This document shows, piece after piece, positions 37,904 through 49,320 of a stretch of DNA of 64,000 nt; positions within the stretch are counted from its first letter, which is position 1; each line of letters opens with the position of its first letter. The stretch is from Felis catus (Eukaryota): NCBI RefSeq assembly GCF_018350175.1, contig NC_058368.1:19346001-19410000 (forward strand). The letters run 5' to 3'. The notes under the pieces are model-generated. The model saw only the letters and a program-made list of their open reading frames with translations. It made no database searches and was not told the origin of the DNA. The position numbers and the translations under genes were made by a program.

Positions 37904-38167
37904 TATTGAATTTTTAATATTAAAATGTATTTAACGAATATAAAGTAAGTAGAATTAACATCTAACTGTTATTGAATTTTTAATATTAAAATGTATTTAA
38001 CGAATATAAAGTAAGTAGAATTAACATCTAACTGTTATTGAATTTTTAATATTAAAATGTATTTAACGAATATAAAGTAAGTAGAATTAACATCTAACTG
38101 TTATTGAATTTTTAATATTAAAATGTATTTAACGAATATAAAGTAAGTAGAATTAACATCTAAATGT
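37904..38167 (+). repeat. Minisatellite, 4 x 66 bp, in CKAP2 intron 6
   Basis: Unit TATTGAATTTTTAATATTAAAATGTATTTAACGAATATAAAGTAAGTAGAATTAACATCTAACTGT starts at 37904, 37970, 38036 and 38102; one mismatch in copy 4. Confidence 0.97.
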
Positions 38168-39319
38168 TAGCGGGTTCTGTGGCTTTGTGAGAGAACCTTA
38201 TTGCTTTAAGAGCGTTTCTTAATGTACTTATATTTTTATGCCCTGTGTTTGGTCCTGCCCACGCATAGAAAATGGCAGTCAACTAGTTTCTCTGGCCTGT
38301 AACCACCATAGTGATTTGATACCATACCTCTCGCCCCTTCCTGGTCTATTGCTACAAAGGCCCTGGCTCTAGAATAAGTTGTATCTCCAGTTTTTTTATT
38401 TGACTGGGTTTTTGCTTTTATGGGCAAATATTTCTAAAATGCATTTCCTTTTGACCCAGTTTCTCAACATGCATTTTTAGAGATTATTTATAAAGAGAGT
38501 TTTTAAAAAATTTTTTTCTTTAGTCTTTCTTTAAGAAAGGTCTACTCACTTTGTTCTCAGCAAAGCCAACAGATACTATTTGACCTTTCACCTGAATCAA
38601 AAATCAAATATTCAGCAGATATTCTCTCAATGGCTATTATGTATAAAGCGCTTTGCTGAAGGGAAATTGTATTTGACAGAATCCCACCTGGAAGGGAGTG
38701 TTAGGTTCCTACTGCGCTGAACCAGAAGGGGCATAACTTAAAGTGGCTTAAGGCAGATTAGCTAGGATGCATAACCGGGGCCAAAGGTTCACACAGAAAG
38801 CAGTGTGTAAAGGAAAGATGTGACACTGGAGCAGAAAGTGGAAGACAAGGATTAAAATTTGCAAAAGAAAAGTGAAAGCAAGATGAGTGAGTAGTTAAGG
38901 ACTATGTGCTAGAACTAAGAATATGAGCCAGAACTTCCCTTTTATATAATGTCTTGAATATGTTGCATTAGCAGTCAGGGCAGTTCAAAGGAACATAGTA
39001 AGTACTTATATGTTCTAGAATATAATGGACACTTAGCGAACTGTTGAATTTGAATGAGTGAAATGTTAGGCTGATCAACCTTGAGCTCTTCAGAGATGCA
39101 TTTAATAGCCTGTGAAAAAATATATATAACCATGGACATAGGAGAAAAGGTATAAATCTCATATTAAATTTACTGTATATTATTAGCTCTTTAATAGAGA
39201 TTAGTGTTAGCTTGTTACTTACCCATGAATTTTGTTTATATCCAGACAAGCAGTTTTAAGAAAAATTGTGGGGAAAAGTTTTAATCTGATAATTCTACCC
39301 TTTAAATTGGAAAAGAGTT

Positions 39320-39765
39320 GGGGCGCCTCAGTGGCTCAGTCAGTTAAGCGTCCGACTTCAGCTCAGGTTATGATCTCACGGTTCCTAAGTTGGAGCCCCG
39401 TGTCACGCTCTGTGCTGACAGCTCAGAGCCTGGAGCCTGTTTCAGATTCTGTGTCTCCCTCTCTCTCTGCACCTCCCCCACTCTCACTCTGTCTCTCTCT
39501 CTCTGGAAAATATTAAAAAAATTTTTTTTAATTTTTTTTTTTAATTTTTTAAAGTTTATTTTTGACAGAGACAGAGTGCAAGCATGAGCTGAGGGGGGGG
39601 GGGGGGCAGAGAGAGAGAGACAGGGAGACACAGAATCCAAAGCAAGGCTCCAGGCTCTGAGCTGTCAGCACAGAGCCCAACATGAGGCCTGAACCCATGA
39701 ACTGTGAGACCATGATCTGGGCCGAAGTCAGATGCTTAACCGACTGAGCCACCAAGGCGCCCCCC
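39320..39765. mobile_element. Two tail-to-tail (inverted) SINEs: + 39320-39520 and - 39530-39765
   Basis: GGGGCGCCTCAGTGGCTCAG head on +; ...CTGAGCCACCAAGGCGCCCC on the opposite strand. Confidence 0.9.
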
Positions 39766-39987
39766 CCCCCCTGAAAAAAATTTTTTTTAAATGGCAAAGA
39801 GTCATTTTTAAAAATTTGAGTGGCCAAAATAAGTATTTTGAGAAAAGAGACATGGTCTAAGACCCACTGCTTTGTTTTATTAATTGAAGTATGAAATGTA
39901 ATCACTGTTTAAAATATTTTTGACTTGGACAATCTCATTAATGTCTGAGAATATAAAACTTTTATTTCCCTCACTAAAACAATTAAG

Positions 39988-40057
39988 CCTATTGAAGAGA
40001 TGCGACATACCATTGCAGATATTCTGACAATGAAGAGTCAAGAAAAAGTTAAATATG
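39988..40057 (+). CDS. CKAP2: CKAP2 exon 7
   Basis: aattaag|CCTATTGAA; PIEEMRHTIADILTMKSQEKVKY + 1 nt|gtaag; the acceptor is purine-rich. Confidence 0.92.
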
Positions 40058-41570
40058 GTAAGTTTTTTATTTTCTTCAAGTGAATTGTGATTTTATTAAA
40101 ATTCATTGAATTATTTTTCTTTTATCTTTTTAAACTTGTTAAATTTGTCAGTTGTTTCTCTCCTCTTACATCTGTTGTCATACCTCCCTCCAAGATTCAG
40201 TGGCTTTATGTAGTGTAAAGAATTTTTAATTAGGAGATCTGGTTCAAAACTCAAATTTGTCATTGAGTGTCTGTGAAAGTTACCTTACCTCTCTAGGCCT
40301 CAGTTTCCTGTGTTAAAAGTGAGGCAATTTGATTAGAGCATCTCTAAAATTTTACTTGTGAAATTCTGTCATCTGTTCTGTGCTCTAGAGAAGCTGTTCA
40401 AGAATTCTCTTTGCTAGGGATAGGAGATAGAAGTAAGAGATTCATTAGCTGTCAGGTTTATGAAATGTAAACATTTTCTAGATTCAGATGTATCATATAA
40501 CTGAAATACCTCTTAGTAAAAATCTCTAATAATTTCCTACTAGTCAAATCTAGAGGTCTTCTTGGCTTGATGGATTTACCAGGACGTCTCCAGTGTTTCA
40601 CATCTAGCACGTTTTATTTTGGACTCATTGTCGTCCCTCATTGCTTCCCCATACCATCATCTCTTCCTCCCAAAAAAGAAAATCCCCTGTGGTTAAAGAG
40701 GCCTACGCAAGAAATTTTGGAAGAGATGCCCGCACTATACCTGCACACTCATTCAGACACACACATGCATCCATTTGTTAAGTCCTAACTTAGAAATAAC
40801 TCTTAAATTGAGCCCTTCCTCCTCACTGCCTACCTCTCTGCCACCTTGCTTAAGACAACCATAGCTTTGTGTTCTTATCATCACAGATCATTCCTTTTCA
40901 TTCCTTGCCATTCTAAACCATCTGTTTTAGTGATCAAACCTTATTGTATCTCTGTCGCTCCAGTAGAGATTTATTTTTACCAAACTTCTAGCATGTAAAG
41001 GTCATTACGGTCCAGCCCTTCATACCTATCTGAACTCATCACCTCTTCCCCACATTCCCACCTTGCTTCTTACCGTGTATTCTAAGCACACTGGCCCTTT
41101 AATGTTGTCTTAATAGGTCATTTTCTTTTAAGTTTCATACCAAGATTGTCTTCCTAGGTCTTGTCGAGTACTCTTTTCTCAAGCCCCAGCCTAAGTGTCA
41201 CTTGAAAGCTTTCCATAGCCATCTCGCTGTCTCTCACACAAAGGTAGTTATTCCGTTTCATGGGTTCCTATGACCCCTTATTCTTACCTCAGTTATATGG
41301 CATTTTTCTCATTTTATAATTATTTTCAACTTCTTAAAGGACAGGAATGGTTTCATTCTTATATTTGTATCTACAACCCCTGACCCACAGGCGCCAGGAA
41401 ATATTTGTCAATAGTTCTCAGCAGTGTTAGCTTAGGAAACGAAATGGTTAGGAGATGGCAGTTTGTTTCGTTGATTTTGAAAATCTGACCAACTATGAAT
41501 AACTTTAATGCCTTCTGATTTTGCTCTTTCAATTTGGCCCAAAGCTTAATCTATAAATGTATTTCTATAG

Positions 41571-41823
41571 GAGAAAATATTGAGGAGGCTTGTGCAACCA
41601 AGGAATACATCCATGAAGTCAGCACTGAAGATAGAGGGGTTAATCTAGAGTCAGGAAAACCAGAAATGGAAAAGAAAACTAGAAATGTGGTATTCCAAGA
41701 TGATGAAAAAGAGCAAGACGACAAAACAAACAATTCAACCAATGATGTTAAAACCCCCAGTACAGAAACCAGGGGGAGTTGTTTAATTAAATATAATGTG
41801 TCTACTACACCATACCTACAAAG
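41571..41823 (+). CDS. CKAP2: CKAP2 exon 8
   Basis: ctatag|GAGAAAAT; ENIEEACATKE...LIKYNVSTTPYLQ + 2 nt|gtaag. Confidence 0.94.
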
Positions 41824-42316
41824 GTAAGCTTTCAAAATGTACCGTGCTGTGATTTGTTTTTATGTTTAGGAATAATAAATAGGGTATCTAAAAATATTTC
41901 ACTTTCGATTAGAACTATCATTTATTAATAGGTAAAGGTTTCAAGCAAATCAATATCATTGGGACATTTCACCCTTTAAATACTGGATTTGCTTTGCTTT
42001 TCCCTAAGTATTGCCATTTTGTGAAAGAAAACTTTGATATTTTACTTTAATGTCTGCAATCTATTGATAATAGTAGGTTTTGGAATTGAGCAAATAGCCA
42101 ATTGTACAGATATTCAAGAATCTGCTGTATATGTGCTGTGACAACAAATACAGAAAGGAATAAGGTCCTAACTACAAGGAGCTTTGGTAACTCCTTTTCT
42201 GTAAGACAGCCAATCACATGGTTGTAACATACAAGTTATAGTAAGATAAATGGCATAAAAGAACAAGTAAAAATGTTAATGTTTTTTAACTCTGGGAATA
42301 ATTTTTGCCTTTTTAG

Positions 42317-42572
42317 TGTAAAAAAGAAGATACAGTTTGACAATACAGATTCTACATTTAAAGAGCTAAAGTTTCTAACACCAGTGAGACGTTCTCGACG
42401 TATTCAAGAGAAGACTTCTAAATTGCCAGATATGTTAAAAGACCATTATCCTTGTGTGTCTTCATTGGAACAATTAACAGAGTTGGGAGGGGAAACTGAT
42501 GCTTTCGTATGCCGTCCCAATTCAGCACTATGCCCGATGTTCTCAGAGCCTGGAACAGCAGAAGAGAAATAA
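42317..42572 (+). CDS. CKAP2: CKAP2 last coding exon
   Basis: ttttag|TGTAAAAAAG; VKKKIQFD...KFLTPVRRSRRIQEKTSKLPDMLKDHYPCVSSLEQL...AEEK, then TAA. Confidence 0.95.
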
Positions 42573-43579
42573 AGTGATGATGAGAAATGGGGTTTTTATT
42601 GTTCCTGGGGTATTTTGTTTGCTTGTTGTGGCTTTGTGTGTCTCTTAGGAGTGGGCCAAGTACCTAAGTATTCATGGCAGTAAGCTCTCTTACTGATGTT
42701 CAATACCTTATAGCAGGTATTGCCTTCTGGGCAGCAGAGAGCTAATCTTACCTTTTCGATCTTAGCAGAGGGAGTTTCTAAGATGGTAAATTTGTCAAGT
42801 AGTTTACTATATTCCTTGGCTATAAACAGGTTTTATCATAATGTTGACTTGTTCACTTTTAATCGTCTTAAGTTAGAGATAAATTTTTAGTCATTAAATA
42901 TAAGTACAGTAATGCTGCATCATCAGAAAAGGTGTTCTAGATAAAATTGATATATTTGCATAGGCTTGTTCTTGAAATGTATAATATACATGCCAGCCTT
43001 TAAACAGAATGCTGACTTTTCATTGCCTTTCCTTGATTCTATAGATCAGTCGAAAAGTCAGTAATTGTAATGTGTAGACATTCAATTCACATTTAATTCA
43101 AATGTGAAGACATGGAAGATTTAGCTTGCTTTTCCACCCAGTTGTTGTTACCCAGACTGCTGTGTTCTGTTGTGCTTTGGCTCTTCACTATCGCTTTCCA
43201 TCAGCGCTAGTGAGTCTGTGGTCTCTGTTGGCTTCTTTCTTTTTTATTGTAGCTGAGGTCACCAGGAAGGGTAATTAACTGAATACCCCATGTCTAAGAG
43301 CAGATACTTTGTACTAAGAAAGAAAAGGTGTCGAACTCAGTGGGTATTTGAAACTTTGAATCTGAGTCTCTTTCTTTAGTTCCTTTTGTAACTTGACTAT
43401 CTAAAATGCTACAATTTTAAATTTTATCATTTCACTTGATATAGTTGGAATTAGAGCAGGAATATATAATGTTATTTTAATGTAGGTAGAATTTCTAAAA
43501 TAACTAATAGTTTCTTATAAAAACTTTCCTGTTAAGTCATGTCCCTTGAAACGTGATAGTTATATGCGATAAACAGTTT

Positions 43580-44281
43580 CTTCTCCCCACACATAAATAT
43601 CACCAATAAAATTGTTTTGTAAGTCTCTGAACTAATTCTTAAATACATCGCCTACCAATTCTACAGCTTCAAAGATATGTTAGTTTTAAAACTGTGTGTA
43701 ATATAGATGTGCTTAAGAATCACATAGTCTTATGTTCACTCATTCCGTTTGTACAATATCACCTATCTTTGTTCTATAATAGTTTTATGTCCTAGAGAGG
43801 ATTTTTAGTCTTTTATAAACTGTGTACCTAATATTTATAAATAAATATATCTGTATTTTGATGTTTCAGTGACATTTATTTCAACAAATATGAAATGCAG
43901 TTTAACCACAGTGAATGAATTTAAATTTCGCTTCTCCCCACACATAAATATCACCAATAAAATTGTTTTGTAAGTCTCTGAACTAATTCTTAAATACATC
44001 GCCTACCAATTCTACAGCTTCAAAGATATGTTAGTTTTAAAACTGTGTGTAATATAAATGTGCTTAAGAATCACATAGTCTTATGTTCACTCATTCCATT
44101 TGTACAATAGCACCTATCTTTGTTCTATAATAGTTTTGTGTCCTAGAGAGGATTTTTAGTCTTTTATAAACTGTGTACCTAATATTTATAAATAAATATA
44201 TCTGTATTTCAATGTTTCAGTGACATTTATTTCAACAAATATGAAATGCAGTTTAACCACAGTGAATGAATTTAAATTTCG
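43580..44281 (+). repeat. Direct tandem duplication, 2 x 351 bp
   Basis: 43580-43930 and 43931-44281 align without gaps; I count about 6 substitutions. Confidence 0.95.
43605..44196 (+). terminator. Candidate CKAP2 polyadenylation signals (duplicated)
   Basis: AATAAA at 43605 and 43840 and, in the second repeat copy, at 43956 and 44191; AT-rich 3'UTR-like sequence 1.0-1.6 kb after the stop codon. Confidence 0.6.
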
Positions 44282-45149
44282 CTTTTGAAATACATTATAG
44301 TGAGATCTGACTTGGAGTTTTTAATACTTAAATATGTGTTTAATAGTGTATTTCTTTTTGAAAAATTATCAGTCTATCTAAAGGTTTACCTAAATTTTTG
44401 CCATATATTTTTTTCATACTTTGTATGAATGGTGCAAAATACGCCATTTTGAAATAAACTTCAAGCTGGCCTGTACTCCTAGCTTTATAATAAGCATACC
44501 ATAGGGTTCATTTAGCCATATAACATAGCTTCGGATACCTCAGTGATAGGGAGCTTGAGATAAGTTGTTCTATGTTTGGACAAGTTTCATAGAGTGCTTT
44601 TTCCCTCCCTTTCCTCCCTTAACTGCAGGAAAATCTGTCTCTTTAAATAGTCCTGGTGCTAACCTTTCCAGACGTAGGTAATTGCTCCTTTTCAGGTGCT
44701 CAAGGACGGTTATCATGGCTGATCTCAGTTTGCTCCAAGATAAATAGCTCCAAGCATATGATATATGGTGCATAAGCTTTAAAGTCCAATGGATCTACAT
44801 TCAAAATCTCAGCTCCTACCTTCCCCTAAAAGTTATGTGATCATGGAGAAGTTACTCAGTTGAATCTCATCTTTCTAAGGGGTAAAGTGGAGATCATTGC
44901 CTTTGTCATTTTTGTGCTATGTATCATCTGGCTGTCCCCCTGGTTGATTAACCAGAATGGGTACCTGACCCAATCTGGACTGTCAGGTTCCTTTCCATAG
45001 GTATTTGGAATCAGGACTGAGAGTCAGTCTTTTCTATGTAGTTACACCTGGAATATGTAAATGTGAGGCACTGAGTGACCAAATGAAGGTTGGGGAGCAA
45101 AAGTCACCAGTAAACAGAATGATTGAAGTAACTACAAAGCAGACAGAGA

Positions 45150-45375
45150 CTCTTTTTTTTTTTTAATTTTTAAAAAATTTGTTTATTTTGAGAGAGACAG
45201 GGTGCGCACAGGGGAGGGGCAGAAAGAGGGAGACAAAGAATCCGAAGCAGGCCCCAGGCTCTGAGATGTCAGTGAAGAGCCTGATGCGGGGCCCAAACTG
45301 AACCCAGGAACCGTGAGATCATGATCTGAGGGGAAGCCAGACGCTTAACCAACTGAGCCACCCACCCAGGTGCCC
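45150..45375 (-). mobile_element. Carnivore SINE
   Basis: Reverse-complement SINEC body and T tail. Confidence 0.85.
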
Positions 45376-45709
45376 CACACCACCCTTCTTAAGTGTTGCT
45401 AGTATTAGTAACCTTCCAAATTTTTTCTGTGTATTTAACATACACACAGACTTGTACACCTATAGACACATATGTGTATGTGTGGATTTTGTAGGTTTTG
45501 TTTTGCTTTGTTCATAAATGGTACCATACTTCATGTATGGTTTTACAACTTGCTTTTTCTCTAATTCACTAAGTCATAGGAATTTTTCATTGACCTAGAT
45601 CAATGTAACATTAAGACTACATGGGAACTTTGTAACTCAGCTTTTGACACTGTTTACGGCTGCAAGCAACATCTAACACTGAAGGGTCATGGTTAAGAAT
45701 CAGACTTGA

Positions 45710-45915
45710 GGGGCACCCGGGTGGCTCAGTTGATTAAGCGTCTGACTCTTGATTTCAGCTCCGGTAATGATCTCACAGTTCGTGAGTTTGAGCTCCGCAT
45801 CAGGCTCTGTGCTGACAGTGCAGAGCCTGTTTGGAATTCTGTCTCTCTTTCACTGTCTCTCTCTCTCTGTCCCTCCCTGCTTGGGTGTGTGTATGTATGC
45901 TCTCTTTCCAAATAA
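45710..45915 (+). mobile_element. Carnivore SINE
   Basis: TSD TAAGAATCAGACTTGAG on both flanks. Confidence 0.88.
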
Positions 45916-46295
45916 GAATCAGACTTGAGTCATACCATACCGCTGGGGTTCTAATTCCAGTTTTACCACTTACTAGCTATGGGACCTGAGACAAAAAACC
46001 TCTCTGTGCTCCAGAGATAATAATTGTAACTTTAGTGGTGTTTTGGAGATTAAAATGAGTTGATAGCTGACACCATTATCTAGTCCTATTCTAAACACTT
46101 CACATATATTGATTCACTTAAAACAATGCCTAGTACCTTGTGTATGTTACCTATAGCAACATTTTATTTCCAATCACTACCCAGTTCAGAAGCTCCCCTG
46201 CCTGGGAGCCATAGTTTGGCAACAGCTATAGAGAAAAGGGGTCAGATCTGTTCTATTTCCTCTTCCCCATGCTCACTAGTCTCTGCTTGCTGCTT

Positions 46296-46664
46296 GTTAC
46301 AGGTTGAATTATATCACAACAAAAAAGTTATGTTTGAGTTTTAGCCCCCAGGACTTCAGAATGTGACCTTATTTGGAAATAGGGTAATTGCAGATGTAAT
46401 TAACATGAGATAAGACTGGACTAGGGTTGGCTCCTAGTCTAATATGACTGGGAAGGTGATGTGAAGACCCAGGGAAGAGACAGCATTTTACAAGCCAGAG
46501 AGGCCCAGAACAGGTCCCTCTCTGAGTCCTCAGCAAGAATCCTGCTGACACCTTTATTTTGGACACATAGGCTCCAGAACTGTAACAGGATACACTTTTG
46601 TGGTTTAAGCCACTCAGTTTGTGACACTTTGTTTTTGTTAGGGCAGCCCTAGAAAACAAATACA
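46296..46664 (+). mobile_element. MLT1-like (MaLR) LTR
   Basis: CAGAATGTGACCTTATTTGGAAATAGGG...GCAGCCCTAGAAAACAAATACA. Confidence 0.8.
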
Positions 46665-47069
46665 TTCATGGAACAAGATAAAAGAGTCCTTTTCACGACT
46701 ATTGACACAGGGCAAGAAAGAAAAGAGTTGGGCGGTTTTATGACTTTTGCCCCAGCGCTGTCATGAATATAAAGTGGTTGAGGTCTGTGCCTGCGGCTTG
46801 AACAGCATGAGCATTAATTAGTTCATGGAAACTAGTAGCATTCTGGGCATAGACATGTATAGTAGTTTTGTTTTTGCTTCTTTAATTGAAACCAACCAAT
46901 GCAGATGTTGCAAATGTTGACCATTCAGAAAGAACATTATACTCCAGAAACCCTGCTCTTATCTCTACATTATAGAATGATAGCATATTAACGCTGCCAT
47001 ATTATGGTGAACACATTCAGCACAGACAAGTACAGACAGAAGTTGTTCTAATACGTATATATTCTAATA

Positions 47070-47868
47070 CAGTGAAACCTTTGTTTGCAAGCATAATTTG
47101 TTCCAGAAACATGCTTGTAATCCAAAGCACTTGTATATCAAAATGAATTTCCCATAAGAAATCATGGAAACTCAGATGGTTCGTTCCACAACCCAAAAAT
47201 ATTCATGTAAAAATGATAACAATACTGGGGGACCTGGGTGGTTCAGTTGGTTAACCATCTGACTTTGTCTCAGGTCATGATCTCGCTGTTCATGAGTTCA
47301 AGCCCCGCTTTGGGCTCTGTGCTGACAGCTCAGAGCCTGGAGCCTAATTCAGAGTCTGTGTCTTCCTCTCTCTCTCTGCTCCTCCCCCGCTCACGCTCTG
47401 TTTCTCTCTCAAAAAAATAAAAAAATAAAAAAAATTTTTAATGATAACAAGATTGTAATATAATACAAAATAATAAAGCAAATATAAAATATAAAGAAAA
47501 ATTAACTGCACCTACCTTTGAAAACCTTCATGGCTGATGTGGGGAGACAACAAGAGAGGAGGGTTATTGTGTAGGACGATTTTCAATATCACTAACAGAA
47601 TCACGGCTGTCTCTTGGCTCAATGGAATCTTTTTCTTTTTGTGCAACTTTAACAAGGAACCTATCCAGTGACCTAGAATGAAGCAAAGTGTTCCTAAGCT
47701 TACTCTTGTATGGAAAAACAAAGGACTGTCCATTGGTGCTTTGAAGTGACAAAAAATACACCAGTGCCAGTTGTGGGCACCTTCCAACATTCTGAAAAAT
47801 CACTGATTTCTGCCAAACACAATGGCCTGAGACCCAGCATCAGAGCATGGGAGACATCACCCACAATC

Positions 47869-47924
<56 letters not shown>

Positions 47925-48083
47925 AAGAATCTTTGGCTCAGTTGTGATCATGTGACTTTCAGCATCATGTACTACTCGTATTACAAGACTTAGCTCCTTT
48001 ATCAAGTTAAAATTTATTAGAAATGTTTGCTTGTCTTGCAGAACACTCACAGAACAAGTTACTCGCAATCCAAGGTTTTACCG
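47070..48083. mobile_element. Non-autonomous Tc1/mariner-pogo (Tigger-like) DNA transposon with a nested SINE (47227-47440) and (GA)n
   Basis: TA on both sides; TIRs CAGTGAAACCTTTGTTTGCAAG and (reverse complement) CGGTAAAACCTTGGATTGCGAG, 17/22 identical. Confidence 0.75.
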
Positions 48084-48159
48084 TATACCCATTTTGATTT
48101 TCACACTACTCCTATGAGTCAGGTCCTATACTCATACACAGAGAGGTTTAATGACTTGC

Positions 48160-48620
48160 TGTATGAGTTTTCTAGACTTGCCCTTATAACAAATCACCAC
48201 ACAGTGGCTTAAAACAACACAAATGTATTCTCTTCTGCAAGTCAGAAGTCTGGATTGGATCTCACCGCACTAAAAACAAAGTATAGACAGGATTGTGTTT
48301 CTTCTGGAAGTTCAAGGGGGCAATTTGTTTCCTGGCCTTTTCCAGCTTCTTGAGTCCTCCTGCGTCCCTTGGCTGATGGCCCCGACCTCCATCTTCAGAT
48401 CTCTCTGACCACTACTCTGCCCCTGTCTTCCACTTTCCGGGGCCCTTGTGATCACACTGGGCCTGCCTGGAGAATCCAGTCATCTCCATATTTTAGAGTT
48501 AGTTGGTTAGCAACCTTAATTCCACCTGCAATCTTAACTGCCTTTACCATAGAACCTAACATCCACAACTTCCATGGAGAAGGATATGGGCATGGGGGGT
48601 GGGGGGACTGTTTCCCTCTC
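48160..48620 (-). mobile_element. MLT1-like (MaLR) LTR
   Basis: TGTATGAGTTTTCTA...GTGGCTTAAAACAACACAAATGTATTCTC, the antisense MLT1 pattern. Confidence 0.7.
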
Positions 48621-48759
48621 CACTCTTGCCCAATGTCACTCAGCTAGTAAGGGGAATGCTGGGCCCAAGAAACTGGTCTACATGAGCTGTTCGCTTAAAT
48701 TGGAGGCAAACCTCACGTTGCTGGAAGATTCTTTTCCCTCAATGTTACGGGCATTGTTC

Positions 48760-49320
48760 TAGAGCAACGTGGATCAACAATTTTTAAAACGCGCCCTTAG
48801 TAGGCCCGGCTACTCCGATAACAGCGCCTCCCGCCCAACCCGGGGACCTTCCTTCACCGGCAACCCGAGAGACGACCTGCTGGGCCCGCCCAGCGGAAAC
48901 GCGCAGACGCTGAAGCCGGCTCGGGTCGCCGGGGAAGCTGGTAAGCGGTGCCGCCGCCAGGCATGGAGACTCTGGAAGAATGAGCGCGACCGCAGTGGCG
49001 GCCTGGGGCCCCTGGAGCGGGCGAGGCCCTCGCACGGCGGGGGCGAGCGGGAGACCGGCTCTCGGCGCTCGAGGATCCACACCCCAGCTCCGCCCCGGGC
49101 CTGGGCCGCTCGCCTGCAGGTCCCCTCCCCCCTCTCCCTCGCAGCCTTGGGTCCTTTGGGCGCCCGGCGCCGCGCAGGTGCACCGCAGGTGCAGGTGGAG
49201 GACTGCGAGGTGGTACGGATTCTCCCGGAGGAAGGATTTGGGCGCGGCTGGCCTCCCGCATGGTGCGGTCACCGCACGCGACCCCTTCTAAACTTGAACG
49301 CCAAGGTTTTGCACCCGTGC
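48760..49320. promoter_or_regulatory. CpG island / NEK3 promoter and probable non-coding first exon (donor GTAAGC at 48941)
   Basis: CpG-rich block; ETS-like CGGAAA; GGGGAAGCTG|GTAAGC donor that would join the acceptor tacag|GTTGG at 51736. Confidence 0.75.

Larger units (their letters stand above)
27078..42572 (+). other. CKAP2: CKAP2 gene (cytoskeleton-associated protein 2 / TMAP), complete CDS span
   Basis: join(27078-27147,28092-28173,34479-34557,34669-35531,35982-36186,37428-37598,39988-40057,41571-41823,42317-42572) = 2049 nt = 682 aa + TAA; all GT-AG; contains a KEN box (GKEN), LGSYRGQIVQSKINSFRKP and KFLTPVRRSRR. Confidence 0.96.

Noticed and set aside
37904..38167. CRISPR-like appearance of regular repeats
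   Set aside because: The units are contiguous with no unique spacers, and the DNA is mammalian intron; it is a minisatellite.
39960..39987. U12-type intron suggested by TTTCCCTCAC and the purine-rich acceptor
   Set aside because: The matching donor at 37599 is GTAAGA (U2-type), not GTATCCTT.
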